Source: Thraustochytrium aureum (taxonomy: Eukaryota). From it: a stretch of DNA of 51,149 bases. The stretch is from positions 20,159 through 71,307 of the forward strand of contig BLSG01000319.1 in assembly GCA_012862495.1 (NCBI GenBank). The letters are read 5' to 3'. How positions within the stretch are numbered: position 1 is the stretch's first letter; each line of letters starts with the position of its first letter. Under the pieces are notes generated by a model that worked only from the letters and a program-made list of their open reading frames with translations, was not told the DNA's origin and did not search any database. Position numbers and translations under genes: made by a program. Positions 11,950 to 23,727 of this stretch are shown in pieces.

Positions 11950-12213
11950 CTAGAATCTCGACAGGTCCTTGGCCTTGCCAAGCGCCGGACTCGGCCAAGT
12001 TGCGGACTCCGTGTGCTCGTTGCCGACACTAGCCGAGCTATTCACTCGGCTCAGATCCATCAAGGACGGCACGCGAACCTCACGATTGTAGCGCGTCTCG
12101 CGCAGGAGAGGAACAAGGGCCGCCTTAAGCTCTGCGGGGTAGTCCTTCACCTTGAAGGCGTCCATGTCGAGCTGCCCAAACTTGGCATAGCCTCGAAACG
12201 CCTTGACATCCAT
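11950..12213 (-). CDS. Small hypothetical protein (87 aa)
   Basis: ATG-initiated, protein-like composition (MDVKAFRGYAKFGQLDMDAFKVKDYPAELKAALVPLL) with host-like codons; no recognised family. Confidence 0.4.
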   Translation of the reverse strand: MDVKAFRGYAKFGQLDMDAFKVKDYPAELKAALVPLLRETRYNREVRVPSLMDLSRVNSSASVGNEHTESATWPSPALGKAKDLSRF

Positions 12214-12496
12214 TCTGACCGCGGGTCCTGCGCGGCGTCCGCGAGCTTTCGTTGCGCCAGGCCTTTCCTGGTCTGGACAAGCGCCACGCCTTGTCCCGCC
12301 CCGCCTCGCCTCGCCGCTCTCCGTCAACACTCCTCGAACGCTTTCAATCAATCAATCAAAAAGCTGTTGGAAAAATAGCCGGTGGAGGCGTTTCGACAAG
12401 TTCTCGCGCCAAAAATGGAAAGCCACCTCCCTGAAGAGACACCGCGAGAACAAGTAAGACTACTTGGACAAGTTGGTGCTCTGGAGCTAGCTAGAG

Positions 12497-13582
12497 CTAC
12501 GGTACCCACTCCAGCACGCTGAGGGTACTCTTCGCAGTCCGCGCAACGAGGCTGCAAGGGTCCTCACCAAGAGAGCGGATCTTGGCCATCGCGTTCGCAT
12601 CACTGCAAAGCTCTCGGCGGCCATGTGGGTGGGACCCCAGCACAGCGAGGGCCTGCAAGGAGAACAGGACGAGGTCCTTCGCCTTGATGTCGTCGCGCGC
12701 GTCTCCGTGTGCATTTAGCAGAGCGACGAGGACCCGGCAGGCACTGAGGTCCAGCGCCTCAAGCTTGGCAGCGTGTGTGGGGTCTTCGAGCAAGTTGGTC
12801 AGGCAGGCTGCTGCCGGGGCCTTCAGGCTGTCGTCGGCCTTGTCTTCCCGCAGCAGCCCAACCAGAGTAGAGACAGCACCGCCTTCGATCGCCTTCGATC
12901 GACCCTTTGGGAAGTACGACATCGCCTGGAGGCACCGCAGCGCCGCCTGCACCTTGGATCGCCCCCTCACGATCTCGTCAAGACAAAGAGCGACGGCTCC
13001 GTGCTCAATGCCTTGCTCTGGAATACGCTCTATCACGGCAAACCTTCGCACAGACGGCAACGTGATATGCTCGACCAAATCGGAGCATCTGCGCACCGCG
13101 TCAATCCACTTTGTGCTGCGAACGAGTGCGTCGATAATGCGGTACATGTCTGCGTTCGGCCTTGTGCACGTGCGTTCGACGATCTGGCGAAAGAAAAGTG
13201 CGCCAACCTTATCCAGGACTAGCACATTGACCTCGCAAGCGCGCGAGAGCACTTGTGCAGCCAGGTTGCTCTGTTCGACTTCCGCGCTCCCTCCAGTGTC
13301 GTCGCCCTTGGACTCTGGTCGACCCTGAGTAGGCCTCCTATCGCCATGCCAGCTTGAGGAATCGAGCATGTCAACGACGTGTTCGAGGAGCTTCGATTTG
13401 ACGAAACGTGATGCAAAGTACGCGTCGCCACTGAGGCTGGTGCCGATTGTTCTCAAGGTACGCAGCCGCTCGCTCGGCTCTCCGCTGCAGAGCCCGGCTT
13501 CGAGGTTCTCCATCACGTGCAGGCTGCCGTTCTTGTTATCTCGGAGGGAGTTCCAGTCTCGCGCGAGTGGACGCGGAAACAT
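12497..13582 (-). CDS. Armadillo-repeat protein, radial spoke head 14 (RSPH14/RTDR1)-like
   Basis: ARM-type helices (AIEGGAVSTLVGLL, AAACLTNL, LQALAVLGSHPHGRRE). The C-terminus VARTAKSTLSVLEWVP resembles the RSPH14 tail. Start taken at MFPRP. Confidence 0.6.
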   Translation of the reverse strand: MFPRPLARDWNSLRDNKNGSLHVMENLEAGLCSGEPSERLRTLRTIGTSLSGDAYFASRFVKSKLLEHVVDMLDSSSWHGDRRPTQGRPESKGDDTGGSAEVEQSNLAAQVLSRACEVNVLVLDKVGALFFRQIVERTCTRPNADMYRIIDALVRSTKWIDAVRRCSDLVEHITLPSVRRFAVIERIPEQGIEHGAVALCLDEIVRGRSKVQAALRCLQAMSYFPKGRSKAIEGGAVSTLVGLLREDKADDSLKAPAAACLTNLLEDPTHAAKLEALDLSACRVLVALLNAHGDARDDIKAKDLVLFSLQALAVLGSHPHGRRELCSDANAMAKIRSLGEDPCSLVARTAKSTLSVLEWVP

Positions 13583-15143
13583 TGTGCTGAAGCAGTCTGG
13601 CTCGCAAGGACGCTTGTAGGCCGCTGCTGCGCAGCGCTGGCTGGGGTCGGCGGCGTCGCGTTGCGCAGCGCACCGACCGACAGACAGTCCTAGGTCTTCA
13701 CAAGTCCTTTCGTCCCCTGCGGATTGCGTGCGAAGCCACGAGGCAGCCAGCCGCCCAATGCTGACAACCGAGTCGAGTCTGCTCATCGAGTTAGCTCGCC
13801 GCGGTTGCAAGAGATCCGTTTGCACAATTTTCCACGAGTGACTACGGTATTTCAATTGTGCCCGTCAAATGTGTGAGACCCCAAGGAAAACTTCAGCCAC
13901 GACGCCAATAAATGAAGAAAGTGAAGGAAACTAGAATTATTGGCATGCTGAGCGACTTCAAAGGGCAGATCTGGTCGTTGACGTCTTGCTTACTCCTAAG
14001 GCCGGAGTCTTCCTCGCCGTGTGCTGCGCCTGACCGACCTTGCGCCAAACGTTCACAATGGCGAGCAGAGTGCAAGAAGCAAGCCGCGGCGCGAGACTGC
14101 CTCCGCCTTTCTCTCCGGGACAACATCACTCTTTCTTGATTGTCAAGAGATGTCAACACTCCCAAGTGCCTTTACCGGCCGGCGTTGGGACGAGCATGTT
14201 TGTTGCAAGGACGTCAGAGACCCCTGAGGGACAGACAGACAGGCAGGGACGCGGACGCCGAGCGAGGCGCTCGCTCCTCGATGCTGAGCGATGACGGACG
14301 TTNNNNNNNNNNNNNNNNNNNNNNNNNNNNNNNNNNNNNNNNNNNNNNNNNNNNNNNNNNNNNNNNNNNNNNNNNNNNNNNNNNNNNNNNNNNNNNNNNN
14401 NNNNNNNNNNNNNNNNNNNNNNNNNNNNNNNNNNNNNNNNNNNNNNNNNNNNNNNNNNNNNNNNNNNNNNNNNNNNNNNNNNNNNNNNNNNNNNNNNNNN
14501 NNNNNNNNNNNNNNNNNNNNNNNNNNNNNNNNNNNNNNNNNNNNNNNNNNNNNNNNNNNNNNNNNNNNNNNNNNNNNNNNNNNNNNNNNNNNNNNNNNNN
14601 NNNNNNNNNNNNNNNNNNNNNNNNNNNNNNNNNNNNNNNNNNNNNNNNNNNNNNNNNNNNNNNNNNNNNNNNNNNNNNNNNNNNNNNNNNNNNNNNNNNN
14701 NNNNNNNNNNNNNNNNNNNNNNNNNNNNNNNNNNNNNNNNNNNNNNNNNNNNNNNNNNNNNNNNNNNNNNNNNNNNNNNNNNNNNNNNNNNNNNNNNNNN
14801 NNNNNNNNNNNNNNNNNNNNNNNNNNNNNNNNNNNNNNNNNNNNNNNNNNNNNNNNNNNNNNNNNNNNNNNNNNNNNNNNNNNNNNNNNNNNNNNNNNNN
14901 NNNNNNNNNNNNNNNNNNNNNNNNNNNNNNNNNNNNNNNNNNNNNNNNNNNNNNNNNNNNNNNNNNNNNNNNNNNNNNNNNNNNNNNNNNNNNNNNNNNN
15001 NNNNNNNNNNNNNNNNNNNNNNNNNNNNNNNNNNNNNNNNNNNNNNNNNNNNNNNNNNNNNNNNNNNNNNNNNNNNNNNNNNNNNNNNNNNNNNNNNNNN
15101 NNNNNNNNNNNNNNNNNNNNNNNNNNNNNNNNNNNNNNNNNNN

Positions 15144-16481
15144 CCAAATTGGGCAAGGAGCTCCGACGACTCGAGGGACACACCGACAGCGTCTGGGCCG
15201 TGGCCCTGTCACGCGACGGCGACCGCATCGTTTCGGGGAGCGACGACAAGACCATTCGTGTCTGGGACTTCAAAACGGGGCAGGAGCTCCAGTTGCTCAA
15301 GGGGCACACTTCTGATGTAAGTGCCGTGGCCCTCTCGCGCGACGGCGACCGCATCGTTTCCGGAAGTACCGACAACACTGTGCGCATCTGGGATTTCAAA
15401 TCGGGGCAGGAGCTTCGGCGGCTCGAGGGGCACGCGGATACTGTCGTGGCCGTTGAGCTCTCGCGCAACACCAATCGCATCGTTTCTGGGAGCGACGATG
15501 GGACCGTCCGCATCTGGGACGCCAAATCGGGCCGGGGTCTGCGAACGCTCGAGGGTCACACCTCTTGGGTCAGTGCTATTGCCCTCTCGCGCGACGGAGA
15601 TCGCATCGTTTCGGGCAGCTGGGACACCACCGTCCGTATCTGGGACGCCGAATCGGGGCAAGAGCTCCGGCGGCTCGAGGGACACACCNNNNNNNNNNNN
15701 NNNNNNNNNNNNNNNNNNNNNNNNNNNNNNNNNNNNNNNNNNNNNNNNNNNNNNNNNNNNNNNNNNNNNNNNNNNNNNNNNNNNNNNNNNNNNNNNNNNN
15801 NNNNNNNNNNNNNNNNNNNNNNNNNNNNNNNNNNNNNNNNNNNNNNNNNNNNNNNNNNNNNNNNNNNNNNNNNNNNNNNNNNNNNNNNNNNNNNNNNNNN
15901 NNNNNNNNNNNNNNNNNNNNNNNNNNNNNNNNNNNNNNNNNNNNNNNNNNNNNNNNNNNNNNNNNNNNNNNNNNNNNNNNNNNNNNNNNNNNNNNNNNNN
16001 NNNNNNNNNNNNNNNNNNNNNNNNNNNNNNNNNNNNNNNNNNNNNNNNNNCCACCGTCCGTATTTGGGGCGCCGAGTCGGGGCTGGAGGTTCAGCGACTC
16101 AAAGGGCACACCTCTGGTGTCATGGCAGTGACCATCGCGCGCGGCGGCGATAGCGTCGTTTCGAGGGACAAATTTGGCCGCGTGATCGCGTGGTCGATGG
16201 CGACAGGGGTTTTGATAGAGAACGCTGAGGCGGCGGCTGTTCTGGCGCAGGAGGAGTTGCGGATACCAGCGCTGACGAACGGCGGAAGTACGGTGGCTGT
16301 GGTCAGCAGGGTTGGAGCGAGTCTTTCGGTGGGGTTCACATGTGACTCCGCGATCAAGACCAGCGTTGCAGCAGTTGACGGGTCGTTCGTTGCTGTTTTC
16401 GACGGTTCGCACCAGCTGTGTGTGCTGGAATTGATCCCCCGGAACGCGCAACAAGGCGCGGTTGGAGGACGGGCGATTTGA
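15144..16481 (+). CDS. WD40 repeat protein with highly similar tandem repeats (partial; N-terminus and middle in gaps)
   Basis: 42-aa units (LEGHTxxVxAVALSRDGDRIVSGSxDxTVRIWD), then a degenerate terminal repeat and C-terminal strands to TGA at 16481. Confidence 0.93.
15158..15688 (+). repeat. 126-nt coding tandem repeat (WD40 units)
   Basis: Units start at 15158, 15284, 15410, 15536 and 15662; the array is bordered by N gaps on both sides. Confidence 0.92.
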
Positions 16482-17980
16482 CCGCTCGGTCGGCCAGTCG
16501 GCTCCTTTTGGTCCGTCCTGCGCGATCGAGTCATCCAGCTCTCGGCATCTCTCGTGAAAGAAAGAGGTTTTGACCAGCTTGCTAGCCGCTGAATTGGCTC
16601 GTCATTGCTTCATCAGAAGTGGGCACCGTGGACACTGTAGAGTAGCATTGCGGCGTGCGCGACCATGGGGCCACGGCGCCGCTCCCGCACGCTTGATTCC
16701 GTCGTCCAGGACACCAATTCCGTGATGCACAACGAAACCTCCAAGACTCGAAAGGAAGGGACCGCAATTGTGTCAGGTTCGCACAGCTGAGGTTTTCCAA
16801 GTCGGCCCCGCTCGACAAGATCGACAACGGCCCTCTACGCCGGCCCGGTGTTGACCGAGCGCCGGGCCGTGTGCTGCAAAGTAAAGGCCGCACTGAGGAA
16901 AGCAATCGCTGGACTCTGGGCGGTCGCACTGCGAGCCAGGTGCATCGTCAATGATTCTGCGGGAGTACTAAACGATGGCAGACTCGCGTCGCTCGCGCAA
17001 GCGCTCAAGACCAACGTGGGCTTTTCGACGGTTTGGTACGTCTGGCGGTGATCGACATTGTGGCCTGCGAGAGGGCCAAGGCGACGACTTGACACAACCA
17101 GCTCTGCGAGTTGCGCGAGAACACGAACGGCGCGCTGGCTGTTCGTGGTTGATTTGGCCGTGCTGCGGCGAAGCGCGAGCGAAGTGGGAACTGGTAAACT
17201 ACAAGCGAGCTGAGCTGAGCGTGGGCGAGCGAGTGCGGTGCATAGACGGATGCGAGACCCGGCAATGCGTTGGCGAGGCGGCGTAGTACGCAGAGACTTC
17301 TTCTCGGCAAAGCTGCGCCCGACACAGCACCGCGAAACGACCAGGGCACCGCAAGCCAATACAAACCCGTGGTCTCGGCAGTCAAGGCCGGGATGGCGAA
17401 AGCGGGGACGACGTTGACGAGCACTATCTCGGAGAGCTTCTGGATACGTGTTTGGATCTTTAAAAGGAAGCAACACAACAGAGCAAAGCCGGGTGTGTAT
17501 GCCTGCTCAGGCGAGGCGAGGGTAAAGAGGGTTTTGACGCGCGAACCGAGACGAGGCTAACAACGAATGCCACACGATGCCCGACGCTCCAGCCAAGCAT
17601 TTCGTCTTTCATATCTATAGGCAGCGCTGCGCTTGGTTGTCGGTCGAGGTCGCGCTCGAGGACCGTCGTAGCTGGCCCCGCTCTGGCCGGCAAAGCAGGC
17701 AACGCGAGCCAGCCGAGCCGGTCGGGTGGACAAGTCATAACAGTGCAAATACTTGTCTTGTATTGCTATTCTTCTCGGGCCATCCATCACTTTCACTTTC
17801 CACCTACCACACACGAACAGAGCGAAGTGCGCGGGCATCAATGGCATCACGACACCTTGCCTCGTTTGCTGCATGTCCTAACGCATCTGCCCCCCATTCT
17901 CGCTCTCTTCGGGCAAGGGGGTCTGCAGACACGAAGCGAGAGCCATGCGCCAAGTCTTGCAAGTGCCCGGCGCACCCCGG

Positions 17981-18041
17981 CACCAGCCACCCCGCGCTTG
18001 GACAGCCAAAAACACCAGCCACCCCGCGCTTGGACAGCCAA
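17981..18041. repeat. 29-nt direct repeat, 2 copies (period 32)
   Basis: CACCAGCCACCCCGCGCTTGGACAGCCAA at 17981 and 18013, just downstream of the Myb stop codon. Confidence 0.9.
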
Positions 18042-18057
18042 GCTACCGCCACGCCCA

Positions 18058-20554
18058 TCAGTCAAACTTGTCGCTGTCTGAGCGCCCAGTCGAGCTGAGA
18101 CGCTGAATAGACTTCCAGCGAATCTTGACGCTGTTCTCCGTGCGGCCAGGGAGGAACTTGGAGATCTCTGCCCACTTGTTGCCCAGCAATTGCTGCTGTT
18201 CCAGGATGATGCCGTCCTCCTCTTCAGTCCAGTCGCCCTTCTTGATCCGCGGGTCGAGGTGGTTGTGGTATCGCTCGCGGCACTGCTTGGCGGTGCGACC
18301 CGGGATCCCGCGGGCGACGTGGCCCCAGTTCTTGGGGTTCTCAGCGACGAGCAAGAGCAGTTGCGAGTCCTCTTCAGGGCGCCAGTGGCCCTTGACGACC
18401 TCGGGGTCGAGCGCTTTGCGCCAGCGCTGCAGGCACTGCACGTGGTTGCGCCCGGGAACNNNNNNNNNNNNNNNNNNNNNNNNNNNNNNNNNNNNNNNNN
18501 NNNNNNNNNNNNNNNNNNNNNNNNNNNNNNNNNNNNNNNNNNNNNNNNNNNNNNNNNNNNNNNNNNNNNNNNNNNNNNNNNNNNNNNNNNNNNNNNNNNN
18601 NNNNNNNNNNNNNNNNNNNNNNNNNNNNNNNNNNNNNNNNNNNNNNNNNNNNNNNNNNNNNNNNNNNNNNNNNNNNNNNNNNNNNNNNNNNNNNNNNNNN
18701 NNNNNNNNNNNNNNNNNNNNNNNNNNNNNNNNNNNNNNNNNNNNNNNNNNNNNNNNNNNNNNNNNNNNNNNNNNNNNNNNNNNNNNNNNNNNNNNNNNNN
18801 GAGACCTTGCCAGATTTGGAGTAGTTGCGAGTGTTGACGGCAATGTCGGGGCGCTCGCCCGAGCCGTCGTCCAGGTCATCATCCCCGGCCGGGCTAGACG
18901 TCCCAGAGGTCGCCGCAGCAGCGGCATACCCGAAGCTGGTGTGCGTGTGGGCTTGATGGTGGGGCGAGACGTTGGGGGAGCCAAACGGGGAGGCTTCCGC
19001 CTTAATCATCGTGGAGGCTGCGCCCCCTTGAGCCTGCTTTGCAAGCTGCTCTTGCAGCATTTCGATTTTCCACTGCAAAGCCTGAAACTCGGCTGCAGCG
19101 TCGTTGGCTGCAGGGGGCGCGGCGTCTTTTGGCACGACGACGCGCGTCCTGTTGGGTTCGCGAAACGAAACAAAGTTGTTCATGCTCTCGGGGCGGGACC
19201 GCTTCGAGCCAAGGTCCCCCAGGTTGGCAAAATGTATGCTGGAGCCATGACCCGTCGAGCTGCCGGTGGGGGCTTCGTTCGGCCGGCTTCGGGGCAGAGG
19301 TGGCGGCATCGACCCGGCTGCCGCGGTGCTACTCGACAAGCTCTGCAAACCGCCGAACAGGCTGCTGCCGAGCGAGCCGAGCCCCGACGCGCCGCCCGCG
19401 GACTGCATCTGAAGCTGGAGGGCTTGCTGTAGCGCAGACAGGTTTGAGGCGCCCAATGGGCCGTTCTGCTGCTGGTTCTTGGCGTGCTGATGGGGCGCTT
19501 GCGGCGACAGGTGCGGAGCCGTCTGCTGCGCCGGCGTCGCAGGTGGCGAGGCACCGAGCAAGAGGTTGGCCAAGGCAGACTGCGAGTACGGTTGCGCCCC
19601 CCCCGCTCCACCTTGGGTGGGTCTTGGCAACGCGTGCTGGAGGAGCGCCTGGATTTGAGCCTGGGTGAGCCCGCCCTCGCTTTGGCCGCTCGCAGGCCCA
19701 GCAGATGCCGCTGCAGCCGCGGCGGCTGCAGCGGCTACAGCGGCAGCAACGGCAGTGGACGAGCCGGAGCTAGCCGGACCCACCGCTCGATGCTGCTGCT
19801 GTTGCTGGCTCGGTAGCGGGGGCGGCTTCGCACCCCTGCTGCTGGTGCCTGCACCGAGAGCCTGGTCGCCAGCGGCGTGGCCTGCCGGGAAGCTAAACCC
19901 GCTGAGGAAAGAGCTGGCGCCGATGGACGGTGCCCCGAACGACGAGCCAGAGCCGCCTTGCGTGTTGTTCAGGCGCTGCAGCTTGCGCTCCAGTTTTTCG
20001 GCAGCGCTGGCCGAAGCCTGGTCCTTCGAGTCCTCCTTGCCCTCGCTGAGGAGGCGCTGCCGCGCTTCCAGTTGAAACTTTTGGCGGATCGCCTCGTGCT
20101 GGTACTGTTCCATCGCAGCGCGCTGCAAGACCTCCCGGAGCTCCTTGCCATCGTCGACGTCTACGCGCGCCAGCGCCGCGCGGACGCCAGGGTGGTCGCT
20201 CAGGACCAGGTCTTTGAGAAGGGCCTTGTAGTTGAGGCTGACTTTGCCGCCTGGTCTGGCGAGCGTGGAGGCCTTGCGGAGCAACGCGCTCATTGCAGGC
20301 TGTTGCTGCTGCTGCTGCAGGTTTTGGTGGTGCTGCTGCGCCGCGCTCAGCGTGAGATTGTTGTCGCTCTGCAGGCGCTGGAAGGACTGCGTCAGCTGTT
20401 CCACGCCGCTGTCCAGGGGCCTCCTCGGCAGGTCGTTCATGGCAGACATGTCGTTCACGGCTGACATGGCCTGGAGGAGGTTGCCGCGCTCGTGAAACTG
20501 CGCCCAGAGCCGCGCGTTCTGCAGCTCCATCTCCTCCAGTAGTTTGTTGGCCAT
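18058..20554 (-). CDS. Myb transcription factor (at least 3 repeats, C-terminal DNA-binding domain, Q/A/S-rich N-terminus)
   Basis: VPGRNHVQCLQRW...KGHWRPEED...W...IPGRTAKQCRERYHNHLDPRIKKGDWTEEED...LGNKWAEISKFLPGRTENSVKIRW. The join to the long upstream ORF across gap 18460-18800 is inferred. Confidence 0.88.
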
Positions 20555-21601
20555 GTCGCTCGCTGCTCGCCCTCGCAAGCTCCACGTCGCGTTCGCCCGG
20601 GCAGCCCGGGCAGGCGCGCAGTCCGGCTNNNNNNNNNNNNNNNNNNNNNNNNNNNNNNNNNNNNNNNNNNNNNNNNNNNNNNNNNNNNNNNNNNNNNNNN
20701 NNNNNNNNNNNNNNNNNNNNNNNNNNNNNNNNNNNNNNNNNNNNNNNNNNNNNNNNNNNNNNNNNNNNNNNNNNNNNNNNNNNNNNNNNNNNNNNNNNNN
20801 NNNNNNNNNNNNNNNNNNNNNNNNNNNNNNNNNNNNNNNNNNNNNNNNNNNNNNNNNNNNNNNNNNNNNNNNNNNNNNNNNNNNNNNNNNNNNNNNNNAG
20901 CAGCAGGCAGCCGCAGGCACAGCAGCAGGCACAGCAGCAGGCACAGCAGCAGGCAGTCCACGTGGAGCGAAGTAGCTGCTCGCGAGCAGTGATCCTTTCC
21001 ATCAGAGGGACCTCAAGGACAAGAGTCGGTCGCTCTCCTGCTTCCTGCCGTGAGTGCCTCGGCCCTCTCCCTTCCTTTCTGCCCCTGCATGATGTTCCAT
21101 GAACTTCCATCCTTGCACCCTTCCGCGCGGTGCGGGCGAACGCAAGCGAAAGCAAGGAGGATCCTTGGCGAAAGGGACTCGCGAGTCTCGACACGGCCGA
21201 CTCTCGCAACTGTCGCAGTGATCCATTTGCCGGGAGCGCGGCGCACGCACTGGCGCGACGATTGATTGGCAGTTTGCTTTCCCTGCAGAACGAACGCACA
21301 GTCGACGGATCGATCGCTCATCACATCGTGAACAACTCGAACAACCTGAACGCGCAGAACAGCCGAACAGAACGAACAAAATGAACGAACGACACGCCGC
21401 GCCTTTCACTCACTCACACCGCGGCAAGCGCTCGCTGCTCGAGGCAGACAGCACGCAGCGCACGGCGGGCAGTTTCGAGCCTTGCCGCCCTCCCGCCGCC
21501 GCCCCGCCCTTCATTCCTGACGGACGCTATCCGCCTCCTGGGCAGACGAGCGGGCGTGGGGAAGGCGAGACGGCCGGCCCGAGGCGCCTCGGGCGAAGGA
21601 C

Positions 21602-23112
21602 ATGGCCGGGCTGTGCCGCAGGGTGTTCAAGGAGAGCTTTGGCAACCACCGGCCAGCGTGCTGCGGCGTGTGCCTCGTGGCACACACAGGGTGGGAAAAC
21701 CTGACGCCCGTCTCGTTGACGCTGGTACGTTCGAACGGCTGCAGGTTGCGGAGGGCGCCGCCGTCCNNNNNNNNNNNNNNNNNNNNNNNNNNNNNNNNNN
21801 NNNNNNNNNNNNNNNNNNNNNNNNNNNNNNNNNNNNNNNNNNNNNNNNNNNNNNNNNNNNNNNNNNNNNNNNNNNNNNNNNNNNNNNNNNNNNNNNNNNN
21901 NNNNNNNNNNNNNNNNNNNNNNNNNNNNNNNNNNNNNNNNNNNNNNNNNNNNNNNNNNNNNNNNNNNNNNNNNNNNNNNNNNNNNNNNNNNNNNNNNNNN
22001 NNNNNNNNNNNNNNNNNNNNNNNNNNNNNNNNNNNNNNNNNNNNNNNNNNNNNNNNNNNNNNNNNNNNNNNNNNNNNNNNNNNNNNNNNNNNNNNNNNNN
22101 NNNNNNNNNNNNNNNNNNNNNNNNNNNNGCTGGTTTTGGTTTCTGGTCGTCGAGATCAGGTGAGTTCATTTGGGCTTGATTGCAGTCTCGGCCCGCTTGC
22201 TGCGTCCGCGTGTTGCCAGGTGCTGACCTTTGCGCCGCGCCGCGCGGCCTGTAGCGATCGCCTCTCGCCCGCCTTCGCGGCGCTCATTGGGATCAATGTA
22301 GCTTGCACTTTGGGCCTCTTGTTCGCGACGATGCTCACCGAGCCCGGGATCCTGCCCACGATCACGTACGAAGAGTACTCGGAGGGCAATCCGGACATTC
22401 CCGTGCGCATCGTTTCTCGCATCCTTCTTGACGGGCGCGAATACGAGCTCCATCAGTTTCGAGCCAAGTTTAGCCGCTACACTGCAAACTGCATCGAGCG
22501 CTTCGACCACTACTGCCCGTGGGTCGGCAACGCGATCGGCAAGCGCAACTACCGTTATTTTGTCCTCTTCATGGGCTCCAGCCTCACGCTCGCACTCCTT
22601 GTCGCAACAAGCTGCACCGCGCTCCTTGTTGTCAAGTCCGTGCAGGACGACGAATCGTTTATCGGGTCCATGGAAGACTCGGTCGCTGCCACAGTGTTGG
22701 CAATCTACGGGTATTGTATGCTCTTCTCGCTCGTTGGCCTGTGGTACGTTGCAGCCTTTGAGTGGTGCGCCCGGCCTCGCTGGCTTTGCTGACGAGAACT
22801 TGACCCCCCCCCCCGNGCAGCGGGTTTCACCTTCGCGCGATTGCCACAAACATGACGACAAACGAGATCCTCAAGGGCGTTTACTCGTCGGGAATCAACC
22901 CTCACGACAAGGGCTGCTACCGGAACTGCTGGACATTTTTTTGCTCGCCGGTCCCCATCAGCAGGGTTGCCGAGCACCACGCCGAGTCGCCTTTGCTTGG
23001 CGACGGGGAGTCGCGTCCCGTCGCAGCCTCCTCTTCCTCTGCAACGGTCGACGACGAGGCGTACTTTAGCGAGGCTGGCGCCGGGCATGGCAGTGGCGCC
23101 ACGCTTGTCTAG
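21602..23112 (+). CDS. DHHC-family protein S-acyltransferase (DHYC variant), multi-exon
   Basis: [44 protein letters not shown] after splicing, [16 protein letters not shown]9/Erf2-like N-terminus GNHRPACCG. Introns at 22160-22254 and 22744-22820, plus a probable one from 21725 into the gap. Confidence 0.9.
22160..22254 (+). other. Spliceosomal intron (95 nt)
   Basis: GTGAGT...GCTGAC...TAG; removal gives in-frame [17 protein letters not shown]. Confidence 0.75.
22744..22820 (+). other. Spliceosomal intron (77 nt)
   Basis: GTACGT...GCTGAC...CAG; removal restores GLCGFHL...TTNE. Confidence 0.88.
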
Positions 23113-23727
23113 CTAGCTCTGAGGAGGGAGCAGGCTCGAGTTAGCCAACTGATTTTCTTTCAATTGCCACCGTCTTACTTGCTTGGCTCAGTCCACAGGC
23201 TTCGTGCCGGACGTCGCCGTGCCAGCCCGCAGCTGCACCTGCGGGAAAACCGATTCACCCGCCCGAGGCCATGCCAGCAACCAGGTTTTATGGATAAAGA
23301 CTGGTGGAAACGACTGGTACAACAGCAGGGGGCCACCAGTTTAGCCTGGGCCGCTCGCTCCCTGCGAGTTCATCAATCACATTGGAGTTGAACACAGCCA
23401 GCAAGAAACGCCCCTTTGCACCGCTCTTCGTCGCAGCGACTCGTGCCCTCGTCGGCAAGCAGGCCTGGTTTGACGCGGAGCGCGGCCATCAGGGTTGATC
23501 GCAGATCTCTTGATCAAGCCATGCGCTGGCCGGTCCGGGATTTTCGGGCAAAGCAATGGGTTAATGGGTTGCTCGTTGTCCTTGCAATCGAGCTGCGCCG
23601 GCGACGGGAGATCTGCGGCCTCCGCGCCATAGATTGATCTTGAAAGCAAATGGAGAAGACACAATACAATTAGGTTGTTTGGGAGCGCGCCATACCGACC
23701 ACTACAAACTTCGCCACCTCGAGCCCC

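Noticed and set aside
16580..17950. Overlapping ORFs of 67-213 aa between the WD40 and Myb genes
   Set aside because: No recognisable domain in any frame; a fragmented gene cannot be excluded.
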